Source: Candidatus Levybacteria bacterium RIFCSPHIGHO2_01_FULL_41_15
GTDB taxonomy: Bacteria > Patescibacteriota > Microgenomatia > Levybacterales > UBA12049
DNA: 64,000 nucleotides
Direction: 5' to 3'
Assembly: GCA_001782165.1 (NCBI GenBank)
Contig: MFNV01000005.1
Location: 545-64,544, forward strand
The notes below the pieces were generated by a model. The model saw only the letters and a program-made list of their open reading frames with translations. It did no database searches and was not told where the DNA came from. Below are positions 36,466 through 44,509 of the stretch, piece by piece (within the stretch, counting starts at the first letter, position 1; each line of letters opens with the position of its first letter). Made by a program: the position numbers and the translations under genes.

Positions 36466-38618
36466 TTGATAATCCTCCCCATAAGTATTAATGCTTTTTT
36501 TCTTAAAATAAATCCTATTCCTAAGACCGGCAGTGCCAAAAACGCCCACGCCAGATTGATATCCACTTTCTTTTTAGAATTATCTTTCTCGGAACTATTT
36601 ACGCCTAACGTTTGGGTGTCTTGAGAATCTTGAGATGGTCCCGAAGCAGCTGCAAAAAGATTTCCGGCAGTCGCACCGGCCAAAACTCCGCCGACAAACG
36701 GAACTGAGTTTCCTGAAATTGCGGAATTTCCCGATCCTCCTCCCCCACCCGGAGAAGAAGATGGAGGATTAGAATCATTGCTTGGTAAACTTTCCGACTG
36801 AGGTGGCCCTCCTACCCCCGCTATATTATCATCATTGTCTTTTTGTGCTCCGGGTGTTACAAAATCCCCCATCCAGCTTCCGAAAACATTTACGAAAGTA
36901 ACGAGAAGTCTTCCTCCTACAATATTGTTGTTTACAAAATTAACTAAGTTTACAATTACTTTTGCATCCCCTGTTGTAATGTAACTGTCTCCTCCAGTAT
37001 TGTCATTTGCCGAATTTTTCCCTGTATTTGCTGATAAATATATATTGTTATTTACATCTGCATTATTTGTCTGATCTATGTGCTCTTTTGTACTTTGATA
37101 AACTTTTGCATCGTTGGTTGACTCGGAACCATTATTTGAATTAATTGCCGTTATTTCTCCATTTTCATCAACTGCAAATTCTGTTCCCTGTGATCCTGCA
37201 AACATTGCACCCTGTGGCGCTCCTACAATCTGCCCTATCCACTGCCCAGCTCTATTTATAATTACAAGCCACCAATTCCCGCCGACTATATTATTGTTTA
37301 CTATGTTTAATACCTGCGCAGTTACATCGGCATTCCCCGTTGTTATATAACTATCCCCGCCTGTATTTCCGGATGCTGAGTTTCCGCCCGTGTTTGCGGT
37401 CAATATCAGATTATTATCTATATCCGCAACATTTACTTGGTTAATTGTATCTATAACTATTTGATCCGAAGAAACATTATTGTCAGAATTTGAACCGTTT
37501 CCAGAGTTTATCAAAGTAGTGTCCCCTCCGCATGTCGCGCAAGCAAATGCAGATAGAGCCGACTCAGAAAGAATAATGTCTCCAATTAAGTCTCCGAAGA
37601 TATTAACAACCCCAAGTATTACATTTCCGGCAAGGTTATTATTTAAAAGTGTCAGAACATTTCCTGTAACTGATGCATCACCTGTTGTGACATATGAATC
37701 CCCACCTGTGTTACCTGACGCAGCGTTGTCTCCCGAGTCAGCCGTTAAGTAAAGATCATTGTTAACTGTACCATTATTAGCTTGATTCGTTGTGTTAGTG
37801 GTGTCTGAGTTTATAGTGGCATCATTATCAGAATTAGAACCATTATTGGAGTTTTGAGCAAGACCTGTAAATCCGTCGCATCCCGATACGCAACCGGCTC
37901 CAAAATCAAGTATGTAATCACCGGTGTGATCATCTACTATGTTAAACTCCGCGACTGTAACCCCATCGATGTTCGTATTGGCGGAGGTTATTATAGTCCC
38001 CGTTGTTGAAGCATCTCCCGTATTGATAAAGGAATCCCCTACATTATCAGACGCTGAATTTTGCCCTGAAACACTTGCTCCCGTAAGTCCATTTTGAATA
38101 CCCGCACTGTTTGATTGATCAGTTGTGCTGGTATCGGTAACTGTTGCAGAACTAGTGTTCGTGGATCCCGAACCATTTCCATCATTTACTATTCCGATTC
38201 CACCACTGGCGCAGCAGTCATCATTCCCTGCAAGATTTGAATTAGCAGTGGTGAAAATATTTCCATCACTATTTGCATCTCCGGTATCTATAAATGTGTC
38301 TCCAACATTACCATCTGATGATGTACCCCTGGAAACATCTGCCTCAGGATTACCTTCAGTGGATACGACGGGGTCATCCGGATTGCTATCGCTTTCCGGA
38401 ATTTCAGGAATTTCTTCCACCTCATTATTGCTACTGTTTTCCTCGGGTTGTTGCGGAGCTTCCTCAGGCACAGTTGCTGGGATTTCTTCGGTTTCATTTA
38501 TCTCCTCAACCTCCGCCGCTTCCGGGGCTTCAGAAGCCTCTGCAAAAACAGAAGAAGCTCCACCTAAGACAAGGTACAGTACCAAAAATATTGCCAGTAG
38601 TTTCCTTAAATTACTCAT
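36462..38618 (-). CDS. Large secreted protein (718 aa) built from repeated N/D/G/S-rich modules, with a C-terminal hydrophobic segment
   Basis: Signal peptide, then an acidic Glu/Pro-rich linker. Then come about 5 modules of type NGSNSDN...V.Q.N.A.V.N...L.A.TG.N.A.GNTGGDSY.TTG.A.V, each followed by a short hydrophobic stretch. The end is LAWAFLALPVLGIGFILRKKA. Confidence 0.55.
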   Translation of the reverse strand: MSNLRKLLAIFLVLYLVLGGASSVFAEASEAPEAAEVEEINETEEIPATVPEEAPQQPEENSSNNEVEEIPEIPESDSNPDDPVVSTEGNPEADVSRGTSSDGNVGDTFIDTGDANSDGNIFTTANSNLAGNDDCCASGGIGIVNDGNGSGSTNTSSATVTDTSTTDQSNSAGIQNGLTGASVSGQNSASDNVGDSFINTGDASTTGTIITSANTNIDGVTVAEFNIVDDHTGDYILDFGAGCVSGCDGFTGLAQNSNNGSNSDNDATINSDTTNTTNQANNGTVNNDLYLTADSGDNAASGNTGGDSYVTTGDASVTGNVLTLLNNNLAGNVILGVVNIFGDLIGDIILSESALSAFACATCGGDTTLINSGNGSNSDNNVSSDQIVIDTINQVNVADIDNNLILTANTGGNSASGNTGGDSYITTGNADVTAQVLNIVNNNIVGGNWWLVIINRAGQWIGQIVGAPQGAMFAGSQGTEFAVDENGEITAINSNNGSESTNDAKVYQSTKEHIDQTNNADVNNNIYLSANTGKNSANDNTGGDSYITTGDAKVIVNLVNFVNNNIVGGRLLVTFVNVFGSWMGDFVTPGAQKDNDDNIAGVGGPPQSESLPSNDSNPPSSSPGGGGGSGNSAISGNSVPFVGGVLAGATAGNLFAAASGPSQDSQDTQTLGVNSSEKDNSKKKVDINLAWAFLALPVLGIGFILRKKALILMGRIIK

Positions 38619-38744
38619 AATTTCTAAAGTTTAAAATCTGCTATTTAACTTTTTAAATCTCAAATTTTAAATTTCGGTGCTTCTGTTTTGTAGGGTATCC
38701 TCCCGAAGTGCCAGGGAGGACTACCCTACAAACAGAATTACATT

Positions 38745-39980
38745 CTAAAGTAGAGCATCCAACAGATCTTCAAGATCGAATGAGAAACTAAAGTCAAAAT
38801 CGAAATCAAAGTCCGGGAAGTCTATTTCGGAATCGCTGCCAAAACTGTTAACATTTCCTGATGTGGAAACATCAACGTTTGATTCGGCATCTCCGGTTGT
38901 GACAGATGGATCTCCGTCTCCACCAGATGTATTACCATTGGCGTCGTTGTCTCCGGTTTCAACGTCTTCAACTTCGACCTCATTATCAACATCTGCATCA
39001 TTGTCCTGATCAACATTTAGATCAGAATCAACTTCGACATTGACATTGTTGTCTGAGTTTGCGCCGTTTCCGTCAACTTTAACGGTCAAATCACCGAACA
39101 CACATCCGCAATCAGTTTCTGCGTGGTTGAAGTTAACCATTGTATCAACTTCAACGTCTGATGTAGCATTTCCGGTGTCGATCATAACATCACCGTCTCC
39201 GGTGTTGTTGTTTGCATCGTTATCGCCTGTATCGGCATTAACCTCTACATCGTTATCAACGTCTGCATAATTATCCTGATCAACATCCAGATCGCTATTA
39301 ATATCTGCGGTTATATCATTATCGGAGTTTGAGCCGTTATCGGTTATCCAAAGGCTCAATGATTTCCCATCTTCATCGCCTCCTCCAACTACTGCTGAGT
39401 TGAGGTTAGCTGCTGTTGAGAGTGAAACATTGCCCTTGGCATTTCCGGTTGTTATAGAGACTCCTCCGTCTCCGGTATTACCGTTTGCGTCGTTGTCTCC
39501 TGTGTCAGCGTTGACATCAATCCAGTTATTAACATCAGCATCATTATCCTGATCGACATTTACGTCGTTCTTCACTTTAAGATCTACATCATTATTGGAT
39601 TCAGATCCGTTATTGCTGATTTTAACTGTGGAGTCTCCGGCGTTGCAACAATTAACATTTGCCGAGTTGGCATTAAGTGAATTTGTCACATTAACGTTTC
39701 CTTCAGCATTTCCGGTGTCGATTGAAACATCTCCTCCGGTGTTATTGTTTGCATCGTTGTCTCCTGTGTCAGCATTGACTTCTACATCATTGTTGACATC
39801 TGCATCGTTATTTTGAGTAACAGTTGTTGTCTGATTCAAAGTAACGGTGGCGTCATTGTCGGAATTTGATCCGTTACCGTTTATGGTGATCGTTGTATCT
39901 GCGAACGCGAGTGGTGCAAATGCATTAAGTATTAGCGCTCCGGTTGCAATTGCTACTCCTATTTTTCTTTTGTAGTCCAT
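38745..39980 (-). CDS. Secreted protein consisting of 4 tandem ~88-aa Asn/Asp-rich repeats plus an acidic (DF)n tail; candidate major subunit
   Basis: Signal peptide. The repeats are clearly periodic: NGSNSDNDATV...VTQNNDADVNNDVEVNADTGDNDANNNTGGDVSIDTGNAEGNV, four times. The C-terminus is DFPDFDFDFDFSFSFDLEDLLDALL. A strong SD AGGAGGTG is present. The gene is followed by a stable intercistronic hairpin. Confidence 0.6.
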   Translation of the reverse strand: MDYKRKIGVAIATGALILNAFAPLAFADTTITINGNGSNSDNDATVTLNQTTTVTQNNDADVNNDVEVNADTGDNDANNNTGGDVSIDTGNAEGNVNVTNSLNANSANVNCCNAGDSTVKISNNGSESNNDVDLKVKNDVNVDQDNDADVNNWIDVNADTGDNDANGNTGDGGVSITTGNAKGNVSLSTAANLNSAVVGGGDEDGKSLSLWITDNGSNSDNDITADINSDLDVDQDNYADVDNDVEVNADTGDNDANNNTGDGDVMIDTGNATSDVEVDTMVNFNHAETDCGCVFGDLTVKVDGNGANSDNNVNVEVDSDLNVDQDNDADVDNEVEVEDVETGDNDANGNTSGGDGDPSVTTGDAESNVDVSTSGNVNSFGSDSEIDFPDFDFDFDFSFSFDLEDLLDALL

Positions 39981-40157
39981 TTATGTTGTCACCTCCTCTC
40001 CTTTTTAGATTTCCTTTCCCCCCTCTTTTTTGAAAAAAAGGGAGAGGTTGCACTTTCTAATCCGTTTTTGTTTGAAACAAAAACGGAGGCTCCTTCATCC
40101 GATCCACCAATTAGCAGATCCGGTGAAAAAGCCTCCGTTTGCGGTCAGCTTGTTATA

Positions 40158-40397
40158 TTAGTCTATATTTGTAAGTATATTTGTGTGTTTTCGATTTGTC
40201 AATACCTGTTTTTCATTCTTACTATTTTCTAACCGTTTACTTTCATCTCTTGTTGAAACTCTGGTCTTCTTGATATTCTTAACTGTAATCTGAGTAACTA
40301 CATTATCCTGAACATAGATCTCAACACTTCCCCACATCAGATCTTTCAAAGCCGAGTTTATTTCATCTACAAGTTGCGCCGTTGCCTTCTTGTTCAT
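40158..40397 (-). CDS. YezD/DUF2292-like small protein
   Basis: WGSVEIYVQDNVVTQITVKNIKKTR resembles the DUF2292 core (G-x-V-x-I-x-V-Q-D-G-x-V-x-Q-I-x-x-x-E-K). Confidence 0.4.
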   Translation of the reverse strand: MNKKATAQLVDEINSALKDLMWGSVEIYVQDNVVTQITVKNIKKTRVSTRDESKRLENSKNEKQVLTNRKHTNILTNID

Positions 40398-40398
40398 G

Positions 40399-41103
40399 TT
40401 AAAATTTTATGCTAATTTCTTCTTTCTTACCGGAGATTTCGCCTACCCGTAATTTTAGATTCCTATCCGTTTCGTTTATGGCAAACCCTACTCTTGTATA
40501 CTTTGTTGAAATTGGTTGTACCGAAACGGGGTCATTGTGGATATCAGGCGCTAGGAATTCATTTTTATTATTTACAGAAAGTCTTACATAATCAGATGTT
40601 TTTATTTCTATTGCCTGTGTGTATTGATTTATTAATTTAAGATCTAGAACAAGAAAAGTTCTACCCCGTACGGCTCTTGCCCGCTGACCCTTTACGATTA
40701 TAGAGTCATAAAGCCCTACCGTTTCTATCTTATACTTAAGAGTGCTTACCACATTTCCCTTATTATCCTTTATAGGAAACTCCATTTCTTTGTTTATGAT
40801 TTTTGTTGCTTTTGCCACTGATGGTGCAGGTTTTTCGTTTTCGTTTCCAACTATATTTACTACTTTTCTTCCAAAGAATAAAAATCCACCTAGAATTAAA
40901 ATTACAATAATAATAAAAGCAACCGGGAGTATTAAATTTCGATTCTTAAAATTTCTGAATAGATTAGAACTGAGAACCTTACTCAAGAGTACCTTGGTTT
41001 TTTCTTTTATATTCTGGGCTGGGTTTAAAGTTGAAAAGAAATTTCCAAAATTTCGAGGATTCAAAAGACGAGCGCGTCTTGAGGGTAAAGTGTTTTCTTC
41101 CAT
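40399..41103 (-). CDS. Signal-anchored protein with a DUF4352-like beta-sandwich domain
   Basis: N-terminal TM. RAVRGRTFLVLDLKLINQYTQAIEIKTSDYVRLSV resembles the DUF4352 consensus. Confidence 0.4.
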   Translation of the reverse strand: MEENTLPSRRARLLNPRNFGNFFSTLNPAQNIKEKTKVLLSKVLSSNLFRNFKNRNLILPVAFIIIVILILGGFLFFGRKVVNIVGNENEKPAPSVAKATKIINKEMEFPIKDNKGNVVSTLKYKIETVGLYDSIIVKGQRARAVRGRTFLVLDLKLINQYTQAIEIKTSDYVRLSVNNKNEFLAPDIHNDPVSVQPISTKYTRVGFAINETDRNLKLRVGEISGKKEEISIKF

Positions 41104-41117
41104 AATTATTATTAAGT

Positions 41118-41142
41118 AAAAAAAAGCCCCTTTTACGGGGCA
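41118..41142 (-). terminator. Rho-independent terminator (minus strand)
   Basis: On the minus strand this reads GCCCC-GTAAAA-GGGGC followed by a U-tract (plus strand AAAAAAGCCCCTTTTACGGGGC). It lies 60 nt downstream of the 41205-41717 gene. Confidence 0.5.
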
Positions 41143-41204
41143 GGCTGCTCTTGGTAGCTCGGACTATAACAAAAGGAGAATCCCTTGTCAATACCCAACA
41201 AGTT

Positions 41205-41717
41205 TTACTTTTCAAGATAAACTGTTATTTCTGTTTTTGAATCGGAATTTTTTTTGGAAATCTCCACATTGACTTTGAGCAAACTGTTTGCTCCTGCTAA
41301 TTTATTTAAGATATTTCTGTTTGAGGAAGTCTGGACGAAAGATTTAGCCTTCATGTTTAAACTTGTTATTTTTTCTTTATACCAGTCTGTTATCCTAGAT
41401 GAATCATCAAAACTCTGAAGACTAAGCTTATCCTCTGTTTGAAAAGAGACCGCGGATCCCGGATATATAAAAGATCCTACACTATACATAGTATTGTTGG
41501 CAGAACTTACGGGAGATGGAGTACTTTGAACTGTTGAATTATTTTTTGTCTGGTTAACAACAGTTGAAGTAGGCGTTAATGTCGGCGATGGGTAAGAGGT
41601 TGGGTTAGGAGTTGTCTGTTTTTTAACTTCCTCTGATTTATTAAAAAATGATTCCTGAGAGAAAGTAGCCAGTGCCAAAATAACAATAAGTATTATAAGA
41701 AGATTTAGGTTTTTCAT
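41205..41717 (-). CDS. Secreted Ser/Thr/Pro-rich protein
   Basis: Signal peptide. TPNPTSYPSPTLTPTSTVVNQTKNNSTVQSTPSPVSS is a low-complexity stalk, likely O-glycosylated or a linker. A C-terminal domain follows. Confidence 0.35.
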   Translation of the reverse strand: MKNLNLLIILIVILALATFSQESFFNKSEEVKKQTTPNPTSYPSPTLTPTSTVVNQTKNNSTVQSTPSPVSSANNTMYSVGSFIYPGSAVSFQTEDKLSLQSFDDSSRITDWYKEKITSLNMKAKSFVQTSSNRNILNKLAGANSLLKVNVEISKKNSDSKTEITVYLEK

Positions 41718-41806
41718 GTTGCGTATACTATTATATATGTCCTGTCAAGGAAATATGAATTGAATACTGGACTGATTGGTAGTATAATCTCAAACCACAG
41801 TTTAAA

Positions 41807-43243
41807 ATGAAAAATTTAATAAGCTTTGTTATTTACCTATCTGTTTTCTTATCGTCTTTTTATTTACCTACTGACCCCGATCTTGGATGGCATTTGAAAT
41901 ATGGGGAATACTTTTTCAAAACAGGAAGGGTCCTCAGAGAAAATATATTTTCATCAATGATGCCCGATTATAAATGGGTAAACCATTCATGGGCATCTGA
42001 TCTTTTGGTTTACTTTTCTTTTAACAAGCTGGGATTTTTTGGGGTAAGTTTACTTGGAGCACTTGTTGTAACGCTAACTTTTATTTTTCTTACTAAAGCT
42101 TTCAAACTTTCTTTTTGGGACAAGGTAATTCTTGTTCCTATTGTTCTGTATTTAGTTAGTAATGTAAATGCGGTATCTTTCAGAACGCAACTGATTTCAT
42201 ATTTTTTTACCGGAGTACTTTTCTACATTATCTTTCTTTATAACAAAAATCCTAAAAATCTCTTGTGGGCAATACCTCTTTTCTTAATTTGGGCGAACTT
42301 TCATGGAGGCTTTATTATGGGAATAATACTTCTTGTCGGTTATCTTACAATAAAAAAGACTATTGAGGCTAAGGGTAATTTTAATATTAAATTTTTGCTT
42401 AGATTGGTTAAATTTGAAATACTTGTCCTTTTAGGAATTGTACTGGCGTCGCTACTTAATCCTTTTGGATACGGAGTTTACCTTGAGTCTTTAAATCATT
42501 TTGGAAATCCATGGCTTAAGTATGTTTCCGAATGGTCTCCTTTTTCCGATCAATCCTCCCAGTGGTGGAATCTTATAATTTTTATGATTTTATATATGGT
42601 CGGCGTTGCGATTCTTTTCTTAACAGGGAAATTAAATGAAAAACTTCCGATTGCTCTTTTGATACTTCCTTTTATCGCCTTGTCATTTTATGAACGAAGA
42701 TATGCTTGGTCAATGTACTATATTTCTTTTCCTGTTCTTTTGGGAATTTCTGATTTTTTCAAACCAAATTCAAAATCAAATCAAATTATTGCTGCCGGTA
42801 TAATTTCTATCATTACTTTAGTCTTTATTCTAAGCTCTAAAGTTCCCTTTGAAAGATATCTGACCATGAACTGGAAAGAATTTTGTTTGGCTGCGGCAAA
42901 CCAGTGCTCCTTTGGAACGCTTGAATTTATTTCGGAAAATCAACTTTCAAGCAATTTATCTACTCCCTATAGCTGGGGTGGCTGGATGATTTGGAACTTT
43001 CCTGATGTTAAACCGAGTATAGATGGCAGAATGCACCTCTGGGAAGACGATAAGGGCTACAGTGCTTTTGAAGAATACTACACCAATGTTCAGAACTGGG
43101 AAAGCATTGATAAATCTAAATATGACAGGGTCCTAGTCCTCAGATCAAAACCTATGTACGGAAGGCTTATTAAACTAACAAAAGAAGGAAAATGGAGATT
43201 GGTATATGGAGATAATGTTTCGGCAGTATTTGTAAGAAGATAG
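41807..43243 (+). CDS. Polytopic membrane protein, putative GT-C (PMT/ArnT-like) glycosyltransferase
   Basis: The first loop, PTDPDLGWHLKYGEYFFKTG, resembles the D-E/D-x-W-H loop motif seen in the GT-C domain of the 2963-5527 fusion. More than 10 TM helices. Confidence 0.4.
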   Translation: MKNLISFVIYLSVFLSSFYLPTDPDLGWHLKYGEYFFKTGRVLRENIFSSMMPDYKWVNHSWASDLLVYFSFNKLGFFGVSLLGALVVTLTFIFLTKAFKLSFWDKVILVPIVLYLVSNVNAVSFRTQLISYFFTGVLFYIIFLYNKNPKNLLWAIPLFLIWANFHGGFIMGIILLVGYLTIKKTIEAKGNFNIKFLLRLVKFEILVLLGIVLASLLNPFGYGVYLESLNHFGNPWLKYVSEWSPFSDQSSQWWNLIIFMILYMVGVAILFLTGKLNEKLPIALLILPFIALSFYERRYAWSMYYISFPVLLGISDFFKPNSKSNQIIAAGIISIITLVFILSSKVPFERYLTMNWKEFCLAAANQCSFGTLEFISENQLSSNLSTPYSWGGWMIWNFPDVKPSIDGRMHLWEDDKGYSAFEEYYTNVQNWESIDKSKYDRVLVLRSKPMYGRLIKLTKEGKWRLVYGDNVSAVFVRR

Positions 43244-44449
43244 CTATCCGATCCAATACCAGTTGATAAAAAATAGGGAAACTATAAATAGTCCTGCAAT
43301 AAATACAGCGAAAACCGCCTGATAGACAGGTCCTTTTAAAACCATTGATAAATATAAAAAAAGAGGAAAAGAAACCGTTTGATGTCGTGTGAAGGACATA
43401 AGATCGGAAAACATAAGAGGTGTTAACCAAAGGGAAAAAGATACAAGCCATAACTTCAAGGGAATTTTTTTTCTTCCCAGTAAAAGAAGCTGCAATGTTA
43501 TTAAAACAACCAGTGCATCGATTTTAGAGTTATGAAACAAATGTAATGGTAGCTTTAAGAAAGAAAGAATAGATAGAAAATTGTGGAGTAGTCTTAGAAG
43601 AGGAAATTCATTTGGAACCCAACTATCTCTTATTTCAATAAGATATGACAAGCTTCCTGTCTGAAAATAAATATAAATTAGAAAAACGATAAAAGGAGTA
43701 AAAGCAAAAACGGATTTTAAAATAATCTCCTTAATTTGGTAGAAATTCTTTTTACCTTTTAAAAATTTTGTTAAATAGTAGAAGAAAACCAAATTCAGTA
43801 ATATTCCATTACCCTTCGTAATATTTAGAAGCCCCAATAATAACGATGATAAAAAATATCTATTCAGAACCAGAAAGTAAGAAAACCAAGTGATAATTAA
43901 AAGAAGCATTCCTTCCGTAAAGTAACTTCTGTAGAAAATGCTGAATGGGAAAAAGAATAAAAGAAAAATGGTTTTTATTGCCAGTTCCTCTGAGAATAAT
44001 TTCTTGATTACGAAAAAAAGACTAAAAAAATTTAAGATAAGTAAAATATTTGTTAATACGAACGCGCTTAGCTCTATGTTTTTTAAAATGATGTTGAATA
44101 CAGATATGGCAAGCGGATAAAAGGGAAAAAATGCATAGGAAAGTCCACTAAGAACTGTTTTATTCTCGGTATCAATTATTGAGGACTTTCTAGGATACCC
44201 TACGTCCGCGATTCCTAAATACCACTGAGAGTCGTATTGCCCTAATGCATTTATAAACTTGAATTTTTTTAGTATAACCCGACTATCTTGGATATAATGA
44301 TGGGCATTATTAATATAATTATTGTTATTAAAAGGTACTTTGCTGTTAAATAGGAAAATAAATAAATATAGAGCTAAATTTAAGAAAACGAAAGCCATGA
44401 GGGATAAAATAAAATTTTTACTTTTCATTTCGCTTAGGATAAATCTCAT
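43244..44449 (-). CDS. Polytopic membrane protein, putative GT-C family glycosyltransferase (PMT_2/DUF2029-like)
   Basis: GQYDSQWYLGIADVGY is an early-loop motif typical of the PMT_2-like mannosyltransferase family. Multi-TM. Confidence 0.35.
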   Translation of the reverse strand: MRFILSEMKSKNFILSLMAFVFLNLALYLFIFLFNSKVPFNNNNYINNAHHYIQDSRVILKKFKFINALGQYDSQWYLGIADVGYPRKSSIIDTENKTVLSGLSYAFFPFYPLAISVFNIILKNIELSAFVLTNILLILNFFSLFFVIKKLFSEELAIKTIFLLFFFPFSIFYRSYFTEGMLLLIITWFSYFLVLNRYFLSSLLLGLLNITKGNGILLNLVFFYYLTKFLKGKKNFYQIKEIILKSVFAFTPFIVFLIYIYFQTGSLSYLIEIRDSWVPNEFPLLRLLHNFLSILSFLKLPLHLFHNSKIDALVVLITLQLLLLGRKKIPLKLWLVSFSLWLTPLMFSDLMSFTRHQTVSFPLFLYLSMVLKGPVYQAVFAVFIAGLFIVSLFFINWYWIG

Positions 44450-44509
44450 ATGTTACTGTTATTGAACCGTGACGCTTTTGACAAGAGGCATCCGTTAGAG
44501 ACTAAACTT

